DNA from: Azolla caroliniana
Lineage: Eukaryota; Plantae; Polypodiophyta
Reading direction: 5' to 3'
DNA length: 64,000 bases
Assembly: GCA_043228905.1 (NCBI GenBank)
Contig: JBHGNT010000002.1
Location: 21,638,001-21,702,000 of the forward strand
Position numbers and translations under genes: made by a program. Positions 1-11,377 of the stretch are shown piece by piece. Positions within the stretch are counted from its first letter, which is position 1, and each line of letters opens with the position of its first letter. Under the pieces are notes generated by a model. The model was not told the origin of the DNA and ran no database searches. It saw nothing but the letters and a program-made list of their open reading frames with translations.

Positions 1-2
1 CC

Positions 3-1255
3 ATGGCCGACATGTTTTCGAGAGCGAGGTTTGATGACGAGGGCGGCATGGTTTCGGAGGACGAAGAAGTCGGCGTGGACTTCTTCAGAGCAACGTACGT
101 GACGACCGATGGGACGAGCACTCCGACACTTAACGACTTCGACGAGAGCAAGTACGACGGCGAGTGGCTACAGATCGGTGGGTTTTTGAGGACAATGACG
201 CCGGATGTGTCATGGACGAGGGATGAGGTCAACCGGATCCGGAAGAAAGCATACCGATTCTTTCTCCGGGACGGATACTTATGGAAGCACCCGAAGAAGA
301 GGAACGGCGTCCCGCTCCGGGTGGTGGCGATGAAGGAAGAACAGGAGAAGTTGCTGATGGCCTACCACGACAGCCCTTGGGCTAGACACCGTGGAACGTG
401 GGCCACATTCGAGAAGATAAAGGGGAAGTACTGGTGGCCGGGATTGTACCGGGACGTGCATCGGTTCGTGACAACTTGCGAGAGCTGTCAGATGCACTCC
501 GTAGTCCGACATCGGGACGAGCTTCACCCTACGTACCCTCCGACCATCCACTTCAAATGGATGGTAGACCTGGTGACGATGCCGATGGGAGTAGGACAGA
601 TGCGGTATCTGGTCCTAGCTCGGGAAGATCTGACGAACCAGGTAGAAGGCCGAGCCCTTCAGAACAAAACGACCGCGGCCGTATGTTGGTTCCTGATTGA
701 GGACGTTATATGCCGATACGGGTGCGTCGGGAAGATCGTGGCTGATAGCGGGGAGTTGGACGCCGAAGAGGCCAAAGAGCTGTTCGACCGGCTAGGCGTC
801 AAGCTCTCGCTTACCACTTCGTACAATCCGGAGGCGAATGGGAAGGTGGAGCGCGGACACGGACCGATCGTCAAGGCGTTAGTTCGGGCATGCGGAGGTC
901 AAGTCGGGAACTGGCCGCGGCTGCTGCCTTACGCGTTGTGGGCGGACCGAACTACGTACAGTTCGGTAACCGGATTCATGCCGGCAGAGCTCATGCTTGG
1001 GCGGAAGCCGATCATGCCGATGGAACGTACGATCTCCTCATGGGCAACCGTGGACTGGAGAGACGAGATGAGTCGGGAGGACCTGTTGGCGGCGCGCATA
1101 CGACAGCTCGAGCGAAGACCGGAGGACGTGGAGCAGGCCGCGGGAAAGCTTCGGGTGGCAAGGACGAGGAACAAAGCCCGGTTCGACCGAACGCACAGGC
1201 TCCGACCGAAGAAGACCGAGGAAGGTGACTGGGTGCTAGTCTACGACAGCAGCCT
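3..1255 (+). CDS. Ty3/gypsy pol C-terminus (RNase H end, HHCC zinc finger, integrase DDE core); C-terminus deleted after DSSL
   Basis: Motifs MADMFSRA, H..H..GKYWWPGLYRDV..CESCQ, WMVDLV, IVADSG, YNPEANGKVERGH, LPYALWADRTT. Homology is lost abruptly at about 1255. Confidence 0.92.
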
Positions 1256-1412
1256 CACGACGACGAGCCGGATCCGGTTAACCTGGACCGCGACGACGAA
1301 CGATCCGAAACCGAGGAAGACCCGACGGGTGAGGAATGAAGGCTGGACCGGTTTTCTCCGTCCCGACTCAATTTGGCGCATGCCGGAGGATGCGCGGTTA
1401 GGTGGGGGCAGA

Positions 1413-2043
1413 TGTCGTGAAGAAAACCGTCCACAAGCAGAATCGGTACACCAGAGCGTAGGAACCGGCTCTTCATACACGTACGCCTTATGTTGTACAT
1501 AGAAGATCCTAGGTAGGTAGATTCAGTAGGTAGGAAGTTAATGGGAAACAGCTCCTTCCTTGCCTATAAAAGGAGGGAGACGAGGAGGGAAAAAGGGGGA
1601 TCGCGGAATCAAAGAGGACGAAGTGCTGTCGGGTTGTCGACCGAAGGCTTCTCTCTCTCTTCCAAACTCCATAGCTCCTTTCTGTGCAGGTTTCGGGAGG
1701 CTCGCGCTGCTCTGAGGAATGCCTGAGTGCTTCCGGCAGCACCTCCAACCTACTCCTTTCTTTCTGTACGCTTACGAATAGGCATCAGCATCTGTTCGCC
1801 GGCCTGTTCGGTTGTAATCGACTTCGTGCTTCTTGTTGTTTGTCTCCGTTTATATATAGATACATACCTTAGTGTCTCTCTGTGTTGGTTTCCCGCTCGC
1901 GTCTTCATGTCGAAGGGCCGTGTCCCTGTGGATCTACGCTCGCACCTAGTGGGTCTCTTCCCTTCTCCTTTCTCTCTTGCTGTTCGGTACAAGACCCCCG
2001 GGGTCCCGCCTCATTCCACGCATCCGCGAGGAATACCTCGACA
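1413..2043 (+). mobile_element. 3' LTR of the Trp-primed gypsy group, with PPT at 1401-1412
   Basis: PPT GGTGGGGGCAGA, then TGTCGTGAAG...CCTCGACA inverted termini, a TATA-like CCTATAAAA, and the group's conserved GACCCCCG.GG..CCGCC motif near the end. Confidence 0.85.
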
Positions 2044-3225
2044 TCGGTCCGCCTCTTCCCTCTTCAGCCAAACTCCGGAGAGGCCTTCTAGCACTAGCGG
2101 CCAGAATCCGGAGTCCTTCACCTTCTAGGTCTTATCACCCCTGACCCGAATTCCCGCCGACACTAAGTAGTTAAAGTCTTCGACGTGCCATGTTGCGGCC
2201 TCTTCCATCAACCTCTTCATTCCGTCGCGCTCCGTATTCAGTTCTAGGGCTCTCTGGGTCTCGCTCGAGTGCACCCGCCCGTTCCAGAGGTACACCACAT
2301 TGTTCTTGAGCGCGTCGGCGAAATCCGCGCAATCCTTCCGAATGTGACCAATCACATCACACCACATGCACCGCTGCCCAGCCGGCGGCCTCCGGTCGCG
2401 AGGTTGTTCGCCGCTGTCTCTCCGGGCCTGTGCGATCTGCTAGTCGCGCACCATCTGTGTCAACTACTCCAGAGCTGCTCCTCCGGATGCGCCTCTGACC
2501 ACGTCGTTCGATGCCGACCCCGACTCTGGCCAGATTCGGGTCTCTTCCTTCCTACCGGCCGGCACCGATACGGGCTCCTCGAGCCTCCTCCCCGGGACCG
2601 GCCCCGACCCCAACGAGCTTCCGTCACTCCAATCGCACTGTTTGTCGAAACGGCTGCAGACCCGTTTTACCACTGCCCAGTCTGCCATGAGCCCTTCGTC
2701 CGTTTCCAATAGGGGACCCACCTTTTCCCTGTCGAGCGCGTCCATCGACTTGACAAACAGTAGTACTCGACTTGTTTCGAGCACCGTCCGGTCCAACGTC
2801 GACAACCGCACGAACCATTTTTCGAACTCCTGGAGGAGCACCGACGTGTTCCTCCCCTTTCTGTGGCTTTCCACCCATGGCATGAAGTCCCGCCTCGATA
2901 GCCGAAGCGAGTCATCAAACTCGTACTTCTCGAGGAGCTGCAGCTTCAACTCCTCCCAGGTTTGGCATCCAGCCAACACCTCCACGTGGATGCCCGGCGT
3001 CACCACCCGAGGGAATCCGGACAGCCGCCTATCCACCGGGATATCCCTCATGATCATTTCGGCCCGGTAAGCCTCCAAATAACTTGTGGCGTCTTTCCCT
3101 CCGAAACGGCCTATAGAGCTGACGATCGATTCAATGGCTCTGTCGAGGGTACCCGTCCCCTCACGAGCGCTCACCAGCCGGTCGACGGCCACCGTCATTG
3201 CCTCTGCTAGCTCCGATCCCCTCAT
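2044..3225 (-). pseudogene. Gypsy gag (capsid-like domain plus degenerate CxxC knuckle), interrupted at 2044 by the upstream element
   Basis: ORFs 2464-3225 and 2125-2367 are separated by one stop and are near-identical to gag at 17430-18797. Confidence 0.88.
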
Positions 3226-3250
3226 CTTTCGACTCCTTTGCCGCCCCGTT

Positions 3251-3266
3251 CACGTCGGGTTCACCA
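3251..3266 (-). promoter_or_regulatory. Primer-binding site (PBS) complementary to tRNA-Trp
   Basis: TGGTGAACCCGACGTG lies 4 nt from the LTR end and matches the plant tRNA-Trp 3' end (CACGTCGGGTTCACCA, from memory). The same site occurs at 18822-18837, 30803-30818 and 37832-37847. Confidence 0.8.
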
Positions 3267-3270
3267 AATA

Positions 3271-3334
3271 TGTTGCATTGTTAAGCGCGCGCGTGTAGAA
3301 GGGGCAGGACCACGGGGGTCTTGAACCGAGGAGC

Positions 3335-3403
<69 letters not shown>

Positions 3404-3989
3404 AGATACGCGGAGCGAGAAGGAGAGATATAGAACGTAACACTTGATTTCAATAACAAGAGATTACAATAACAAGAGAATATGACTCTGACGGTTACAA
3501 CCGACAAGGCGGCGATGGACCCGACCCGGGGATCCTACTCACACACACAGACAACACTCGCTCGACTCCTAGAAACAACACAAAGGGGGAGAGACTCTGC
3601 TGGAAGCACACGGGCTGTCCATGAAGCAGAGGCAGTGAGCTCCCGACCCACAGAGACCAACGATCGGAGGAGAAGAGAGAGCTCGGCCCTAAGATTTGTA
3701 GCAGCACTTCATCCTCCCTAGCGCGCGATCCCTGTTCCTTCCTTCTCTCCCTCCTTAAATAGTTCCCCAAAAGGGGTGCCCCTTTTCCTCAGCCAAACTG
3801 CTTTATTCCCTGTCCCTATCGACAGAGATACGCACAAGATCCCCTAATAAATGTGCACTACCTAGTATTTACTCCAGTCGCCTAATTACGAGTTATGTAC
3901 AATATATCAATCCTCGCGTCCACCCGTGTAAGAGCCGGTTCATGCGCCCTTTTCTTCGATTCCGCCTATGGCCGGTTTTCTTCACGACA
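3271..3989 (-). mobile_element. 5' LTR of a Trp-primed gypsy element, containing a (GA)n tract at about 3337-3398
   Basis: TG...CA termini, adjacent PBS, and similarity to the LTR at 18842-19528. Confidence 0.88.
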
Positions 3990-5159
3990 ACGTCGCTCAA
4001 AAAGACGATTATCACATCGCACAGCTCGACTAATAACCTTTGTTAGAGACTTCGGATCTTCATGGATAGTATGTAGAAGATCTTTGACGTCATTACGCAA
4101 ACCTTGGGGGAATTGATCCATTAAAGCTGCCTCATCCCAGGGGATATCACATGCCAAAAGACGAAAATCAGCTACATACGTTGACACGGGATGATCTCCT
4201 TGCCGGAGTCTTAGAATCTTGTTTATCGTCGTCCTAGCGTTGTCGGTGTCTCCAAAACTAGCCTGAAACTCCTTAACAAATGCCTCAAAATCGTCTAGCA
4301 ATGGTGATTTCTTCTAAGAAGTGGTGCAAACCATGCTAATGTTGTACCACATAACAAGGTTCCCACTAATCCCACACGAGCCGTGTCAGTTGGGTACCAA
4401 TTGGGATGTAACTGAATAACCAAACGGACTTGATTCAAAAAACCTAGAAATAAAGACCTCATACCATCAAATTTGGCAGGGAGACTATTCTTTGGTTCTC
4501 AAGGGGATTTTTGAGCCCCCGACGCTTGTTCCCGTAATGACAATATAGTAGCGTCGAGTTGGTGAACCCGTTGTGATAATTCTTCAACTTGTTGAGCTCT
4601 TTCGGTACTCACTTGTTGTAGGTCACCCAATAGCCTTTGATTTTCATGCTCTAATGCCACAAATTTATTCCTGAGCATGTCGAGCTCGGAGAGAACACGG
4701 ATATATTCTTGTTTGCTCATGGACTCCATGACGAACAAGGGGAGACGAGAAGAAATAAGAGAACTTGTGGAAGAGGGAGAAAATGAAAGAAAATTGGTTC
4801 AAACTGTCAAGACAAAGAGAAAAAGAGAAGAAAGAGAGAGAAAAAAGGGAAAGAGATATATTGATGAGACAGAAAGAGAGAATTAAAAAGAAAGTATTGT
4901 ATTGCGATATAAGATGGAGTACACAGAGTAGGCAATAGGGAGCTATAGGATGGCGTTGAACCAATTTGGTTTTTGGATGGTTGATAACTCCTTATTTATA
5001 ACTCTCCATAGAGTAATCTAGAACACTCTAGAATATTATGGGGTAACCTACTAATCTAGAAGGTTTATAGCGTATTCTAGAAGGTTCTAGCATATAGAAC
5101 ACTCTAGAATACTCTAGGACATTCTAGAATGTAAAGTAATTCAGAATATCCTTATGATA
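3990..5159 (-). mobile_element. Degraded chromovirus-like (Tcn1/Tf-type) gypsy 5' end: LTR remnant plus gag
   Basis: Retrotrans_gag-like LRLRQG..VSTYVADFRLLACDIPWDEAALMDQF.QGLRNDVKD and an N-terminal coiled coil. The putative LTR (about 5015-5159) has TTCTAGAA repeats; its inner boundary is unresolved. Confidence 0.72.
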
Positions 5160-5308
5160 TTAGATTATATATTCTAAAAACAATACACATAAACTTGTTA
5201 TTACAATGGTTAAGGATTTGACATGCGTATAACAAGGTTGTGGGTTCAATTCCTTTCCAGACAAAATATGAGTGTCGCCATGACACACAAAAGAAGACAC
5301 AACCATCT

Positions 5309-5974
5309 CTCCTTTGCCTCCATGTCCTGCAACATCTACTGAGCTCGATCAAAGGATTTCAGATGAGAAATTGAGCCCCATCGACTGTCGCCGCAAGCAG
5401 ACTTCACGCTCTTGAGCATGGCCTTCGCTTCCTTCAGCCTACCTTGCTCCATCAGACATATCCCAACGTTGCAAACCTTGTTGTTGTGCTTCTACCGTTA
5501 TAAAGCTCAATTGATGCATGTATGCCCATCCGAGATTTCAACAGAGCGATCTGATCACCCAACCGTCCACACCTTATACAAGTCTAGTAACACATTATCG
5601 AGGCTTTCCTGAGCATGGTCTGAGCATCCATGGTGGAGCGACTTGATGGCCTCGATCGCTTCTTCCGGCCTATTCTGTTGCTTCATCTCGATTTCCATAT
5701 CTTTCAAGGCATTGTCCAGTCTATCTCCTGCGTTAATGGTGGCCCAAAACAACACGATGGCTCTGTTGGGGTCCTTGTCAACGAGCTGGACGTGTTTAGC
5801 TTTGACATAAGGAGTGTCTCCAACGGGGTCCTTGTGGATGACATGGAAGGAATCAAAGTGAGTAGAGGTGTCGGGCGCTTCGAGAACAAGGCTTGAGAGG
5901 GGAGCAAGGAGCTGATTTGTAGAGTTGAGGTTGGCCATCGTTTTGGGGGATCTGCGAGAACAGGGGAGGCCCAT
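5309..5974 (-). pseudogene. MS5/TDM1(POLLENLESS3)/SDI1-family TPR protein pseudogene, intron-less, with a frameshift and two internal deletions
   Basis: FHVIHK..GDTPYVKAKHVQLVDKDP..AI.LFW..INAGDR.D.ALKDM...QESLDNVLLDLYK. Shifted frames continue with CGRLGDQIALLK, NLGWAYMHQ and NNKVCNVGICLMEQGRLKEAK..SHLKSFDRAQ*ML. Confidence 0.88.
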
Positions 5975-6283
5975 TCATGGTGGATGTCGTGGTGGTGGTG
6001 GTGATGGAGGTGTTTAGATATAGAGGCCGATGGTAAGGATAGTGATGGCGATGGTGAGAAGCACATCAACAAACAGGGAGCAGAGCAGCAATAGAAACAG
6101 GGGAGAAGAAGAAGAAGAAGAAGCTAGTCTACTTCTGCAGTTCGCATATCTTCCCTATGCTTAGAGCTAATCGAGGAAGGGAACTCTTCTCAAACCACTG
6201 CTGACATGAAAGTGGTATGTTATTGCAGTTGCTTCGCTACTCAGATTGGGTTCTTTCCACCATCATAGATGTAGAAATACAAG

Positions 6284-6334
6284 TTAGCCATGGCCAAAAG
6301 CAACAATGTTGACATGTATCTTCTCCTTCCCCAT
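6284..6334 (-). pseudogene. EF-1alpha N-terminal fragment (16 codons)
   Basis: MGKEKIHVNIVAFGHG* resembles the eEF1A start MGKEKxHINIVVIGHV and is preceded by a pyrimidine-rich 5'-UTR-like sequence. Confidence 0.65.
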
Positions 6335-6472
6335 GAGTGTAGATACCCGTAAATAGTCAAACAAGGTAGATGAGAAATAGGGATAGAGAGATACACACAC
6401 ATTCACAATGCAGAGAGAAAGTGAGGATAGACTTCCGCTCAAGGGAGGTCGGTTGTTCACGCATGCCAAAAG

Positions 6473-6818
6473 TGTTGTTGGGGTGGTGGGTGAAGCCTAG
6501 AATGGCTTCACCCCCCTCCCAAGGGGGTTAAGTTAGTGAGAAAGCTAGAGAGAAAGACAAATTGAAAATCACACAAAATGAGAGGGGGAAAATGTATATC
6601 TCATTACATACCCCATAGGGGGTTTATATAATACATCCAATGTAACGGTTACATGACTGTTATAAATAAGACTATTACACATTCTTGTACACATGCACAT
6701 AATTGTGCATGTGTCCATACACACACTCATCCTCACACACTCATTTACTTTACACATACACATCAACCACATCATTACACATACCCTTATGCCTCCCCGT
6801 ATATTCTTACGGGTAACA
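6473..6818 (-). mobile_element. Putative short LTR (TGTTACCC...CAACAACA) followed by a PBS-like TGGCATGCG
   Basis: TGTT/AACA termini and TATATAAA on the minus strand. No partner LTR or TSD was found in the window. Confidence 0.5.
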
Positions 6819-7278
6819 CACCACAATCCGAACTCAAGTTGAGCTTGAGGGGGAGTGTTGAGCGGACAAGCTCAACCGGATCCGGATCGGTTAAATAAGC
6901 TAGAGCAGGAACGGAGAACTGGATCCATGTGGAGATCAGTATCCAAAACCAAGAGCCGGATCGGATTGTAACCGGTAGGTCGTTAGAGGCCTACGGTCCT
7001 AGCCTAGTACATACGCATATTTCTTGGAGTCAGTGTCAGTCGCTTGTATGAGCATTGAAGTACATGTTAGTCCTTTAAGGACTTGTATAAAAGTGTTCTC
7101 TAAACACATTGTATGTATAGAGTGATATTTTGAAATGGAGTTTATGTTGTTCTGCTCTCTCTATCCCTCCCATGTACTCTCTGTGTGTTTTGAAGCTTCC
7201 ATTAAACCTGTGTATACTTTCTGTTAACATCCGGTGAAATCGATTAGGTCTTCAAGCTTCCACACATAATCCTTTTCA
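6819..7278 (+). mobile_element. Copia family C 3' end: 3'-UTR stub, PPT (GAGGGGGAG) and LTR 6856-7278
   Basis: Matches 55905-56400 (ATCCGA.CTCAAGTTGAGCTTGAGGGGGAG TGTTGAGCG). Confidence 0.82.
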
Positions 7279-7883
7279 GAAAGGAATCAAGATAATCTTG
7301 GAGAAGATGTCGATTTTTAGGTCGGGCTATTTGCGAGCGGGGTGTGAATAATCCAAACAAGTATATGCCCCGAGACTGAAGAAAATTCACGATTTTGTAG
7401 AAGGAGCGTTATACGTAACCCCTAATTGAGTGTGCATTTGACAAAGAGGAGAAGTCTCAGATGCAAAGCTTCGAGGAAGCTTTAAGAGAAGAATAAATAA
7501 TGGAAGACAAAAGCATCAAATGGGTTACGAAGGAAGCCTCATTTAACGACACCATTGGCGAAATGGAGAATGTTGTGGGCTATAACCCTCCTAACCAACA
7601 AATAATTCAGATAAACTCTATTGAAATGTACGTTGCCATCGACGAGTATAAACAAAATATCATGGCCGAGATGGTCGAAGTTAACAAAAAATACAAAACA
7701 GTGGACAAGAAAATAAAGCATGTTGTTATTCTACTACCTAAGGATAGCTGGCAAAGAATGAAGGAAGTTGCACAAGATCCAAGCCTAAGGGATCCACGAG
7801 GAATCAGACATACATTCACTAAAGAGACAAGAGATAAGCTTCGCATTGGAAAAGATGAATTTTCCTTGCCAGAAGAACAAGTC
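7279..7883 (+). pseudogene. Old AT-rich gypsy (basal layer), piece 1: protease end and pre-RT region
   Basis: KYKTVDKKIKHV...DPSLRDP..LPEEQV is homologous to 17010-16800 on the minus strand; the frame resumes at 20668. Confidence 0.75.
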
Positions 7884-8557
7884 TGTTGAGCAGATAACCT
7901 CAACATGATCTGGATCAGTTGAATAAGCCAAGAGCCAAATTGGTGTCTGGATCGGTGTTCGGAATGAAGAACCGGATCTATGTTCGTTAAGGTGAGCCGG
8001 ATCGGAGAGCCAGACCCATGTGCGAACTGGTGGACCGTTGGAGGCCTATGCTCCTAGTCTACTAGGTAGCTATGGTTCTAGGAGTTAGTGGCATAGCTCA
8101 GTACGAGCATTGAAGTACTTCTCAGTACTTCTGTCAATCCTTTTAAGGACTTGTATAAAAAGTGCTTTAAAGCACATTTGTATGTACAGAGTTTATAGAG
8201 TATTTTGAAATTGATTTTATTGTTCTGCTCTCTCTCTCTCTCTCTCTCTCCCGTGTACTCTCTGACAGGAACTAAACGCTCCCTTTGAACAATGCTCGGC
8301 CACAACCGAGCCTAGAATAAAACACAGAAAACAGGGAATGAAACACAACACGATAGAGAGAAGAGTACACAGGATGTTTACGTGGAAAACCCAAACTCGG
8401 GAAAAACCATGGCAGTCCACAGACCGCAAACTATCACTATGTCAGAATGTACAATAAGAAAGCACCGAGGCCACGACCTCGAGCTTGCTATGTTCGTCAC
8501 AGGCGGCGGTTACAATCAGAGGCAACGACCTCTTCCTCTCTCTCTCTCTCTCTCTCT

Positions 8558-8980
8558 AAATGAATGTCGACACACCTGCACCACTCGGACTTCTCCTTGA
8601 TGAAGCAAAAAATCAAAGAAGAGCCAAACGCCCTCGGATGCCAGGTTTCAAAGCAACTCGACGAGATGTAGAAGCAATAAAGAAAATAAGGGAACGTGAA
8701 CTACACCGCCTAGAAGCCATGGCTAGGGCACTCTATGCATCGGGACCATGGGTCACACCCACACCAAAAACTTTTGACCTCCCACTTCTTTTTGAGAGAC
8801 TTGGGTGGAAATGAGATTAGGCTTAGTGCAAAGTTTTGTACACTACTAGAACGTTCTTAGCTTAAGCTATTTTCTTTTATTTTAGTTTTGATGATTGGAT
8901 AAACACTCATTTTTGTTGTAACCTATTTGTCTCATGGGCCAAATTTGGCCTTAGAAGACGTTAATATATCTTTCTTTCTT
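8558..8980 (+). other. About 420-bp insertion inside the (CT)n tract of the 3' LTR only, carrying an 84-codon ORF end and an AT-rich tail
   Basis: Absent from the sister LTR (20230-20260); the ORF spans 8560-8814. Confidence 0.75.
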
Positions 8981-9295
8981 CTATACACAGTTGCACGCTC
9001 TAATCTTGCACCAACAAGAATGACAACAACTATCCTCGTAAACAAAGTTTGCCCTAAGTCATATTTATACTAATATGACTTTTCGGCTATTTACAAATAT
9101 AGCCCCGATGGACTCCAGAAACATATTTACAAATATGTCCCTTCATCCGGTGAGCACTCCTCACCGGGCCTTCACCATCCGGCTCTTCCTGGGTACTCCT
9201 CATCCGGTTCTCACCGGGTCTTCCAAAGCCGGGTACTCCACATCCGGAGGGACTTGTTTCCCAACAAACTCCCCCTTAAGTCCGGCATGGGGTGT

Positions 9296-11072
9296 CTTAC
9301 TAGTCCGATCCGCTTCCGCATGCATCCAGCTTGTCGGGTATCAGTACTTTGGTCAGCATATCTGACCCGTTCTCGGCCGTGTGGATCTTTGTCAGCGCGA
9401 ACTCCTGGTCATCTACTCTTTCCCGGATCCAGTGATACCTATGCTGGATATGCTTCGTCCGGGAATGGTAGGCCGCATTCTTAGCAAGGTGGATGGCACT
9501 TTGACTGTCGCAATAGAGCCGGTATTCATCTTGCCGGATACCGAGCTCTCCGATGAAGTCCTTCATCCATAATATTTCCTTGCCGGCTTCCATAGCCGCC
9601 ATGTACTCCGCCTTCGTGGTTGACAACGCAACCGTCTTCTGCAGCCTCGACTGCCACGAAACAGCTCCCCCTGCATATGTCATTACATACCCGGATTTAG
9701 CCGGCTGGTATCCACATCAGCTGACATATCCGAATCGGTAAAACCGTCAAGTTGAGGTTTACCGAAGCTGAATCGGAGACACATGTTCGAAGTGCCCTTC
9801 AAGTACCGGAGTATCCATTTGACTGCGTTCCAGTGCTCCTTGCCGGGATTGCTCATAAACCGACTCACCACTTCGATTGCGTATCCTATATCCGGTTGGG
9901 TACACACCATTGCGTACATTAAGCTCCCAACGGTAGAGGCATATGGAGCCTTCATCATATCCACCTTCTCTGCTTTCGTCTTCGGGCTTTGCTTACCGGA
10001 TAACCTGCAGTTTGCCAGAAGTGTCGATCCGACCGGTTTCGCATCTGACATGTTGACCCGCTGAAGCACCTTTGTCACGTATTTCTCCTGTGACAGCCAT
10101 AGTTGATTCGTAGGCCGGTTCCGGATGATATGCATCCCCAGCATCTGTCTTGCCGGACCCAAGTCTTTCATCGCGAAGGTTCGGTTGAGAGCCTTCTTCA
10201 GCATCCGTATTTTCGCTTGGTCCCATCCGACGATCAACATGTCGTCCACGTACAAGAGGAGTATTAGGAAGTCGCCTCCTCTTCACAAACACGCAGTGAT
10301 CGACCTGCGTCTTGTGGTACCCTTGATCGGTACCGAGCAACTATCAGGCTCCCTTTGCTGAATTTCATGACTCCGTTCTGGATGCTACCCAAGTAGCCTT
10401 CATCATCTCGCCAACTGGCTGATATCAGGTTCAATCGAACCTCCGGAACATGTTAGACATCCTTCAACAGCAACTTGCATCCGGTTCGTGTTGTCAACCA
10501 CACGTCTCCTATGCAGACAATTCAGCATGTACCTTCATTCCCCATCCGGACACAGCCGTGATCACCATCTGAGTAGGATGAGAACCATTTCCGGTCCGGG
10601 GTAAGGTGGAACGACGCTCCAGAGTCGACTACCCAGGTCATCTCGTCGCCGGCAAGGTTTATCTCACTCTCCTCGGTGATGAGCATCAACTCCTCTTCAC
10701 TTGCCGCCATTGTCGCCGTTCCCTTCCGGTCCGGTCCGGTGTCCGCTTAGAATCGGTACCATCGGTTTCCTTGTCTTTCCGGAAATGCCGACAGTTCTTC
10801 TGGAAGTGTCCCAGCTTGCCGCAATAGAAGCAAGTAGGCCTCCCCCTTGACTTTGACCGTGTCCCCAACTTTTCCCGATTCTGGGGACTACGGTTTCTAT
10901 TCCTTCCGCGTTCCGATTCGGTAAGGAGCACTTTGGGGTCGGAGCTCGTATCCTTATCTTTCCGACGCGCCTCCTCATCTAGCAAGCTCGACTTCACTCT
11001 TGCTAGGGATAACCGTTTCCCTTCCGGCCCGGCGTTGCCTAAGGTGACATCCAACGTCTCCCAGCTATCTGG
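9296..11072 (-). pseudogene. Copia-B zinc knuckle, protease, RT and RNase H fragments
   Basis: CFYCGKLGHFQKNC, WVVDSGASFH, YVDDML, VSWQSRLQKTVALSTT, YHSRTKHI; contains stops and frameshifts. Confidence 0.9.
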
Positions 11073-11377
11073 TGTCACGTTGTTACGCGCGTACGTGTAG
11101 AAAGGGGCAGGACCACTGGGGTCTTGGACCGAGGAGCGAGAGAGAGAGAGAGAGAGAGACGGAGAGAGAGATTCACCGACACGTAGAAGCGAGAAAGAGA
11201 GATATAGAACTTAACACTTAATTATAATGACAGAGATTACAAACACCGACAGTTACAACCGACAGAGCAGCGACGGACCCGACACGGGGACCCTACTCAC
11301 GCACACCGACGATAGACACACGACTCCAAGAAACAAAGGGGAAAAGGAGCGACTCTGCTGGAAGCACATGGGCTGCA

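Noticed and set aside
5555-5974. Functional MS5/TDM1-like gene
   Set aside because: A frameshift at about 5572, two internal deletions and an in-frame stop make it a pseudogene.
6488-6514. Hairpin GGGTGAAGCC-TAGAAT-GGCTTCACCC as a Helitron 3' end
   Set aside because: No CTRR terminus at the expected distance or A|T target site was identified; better explained as part of the putative LTR.
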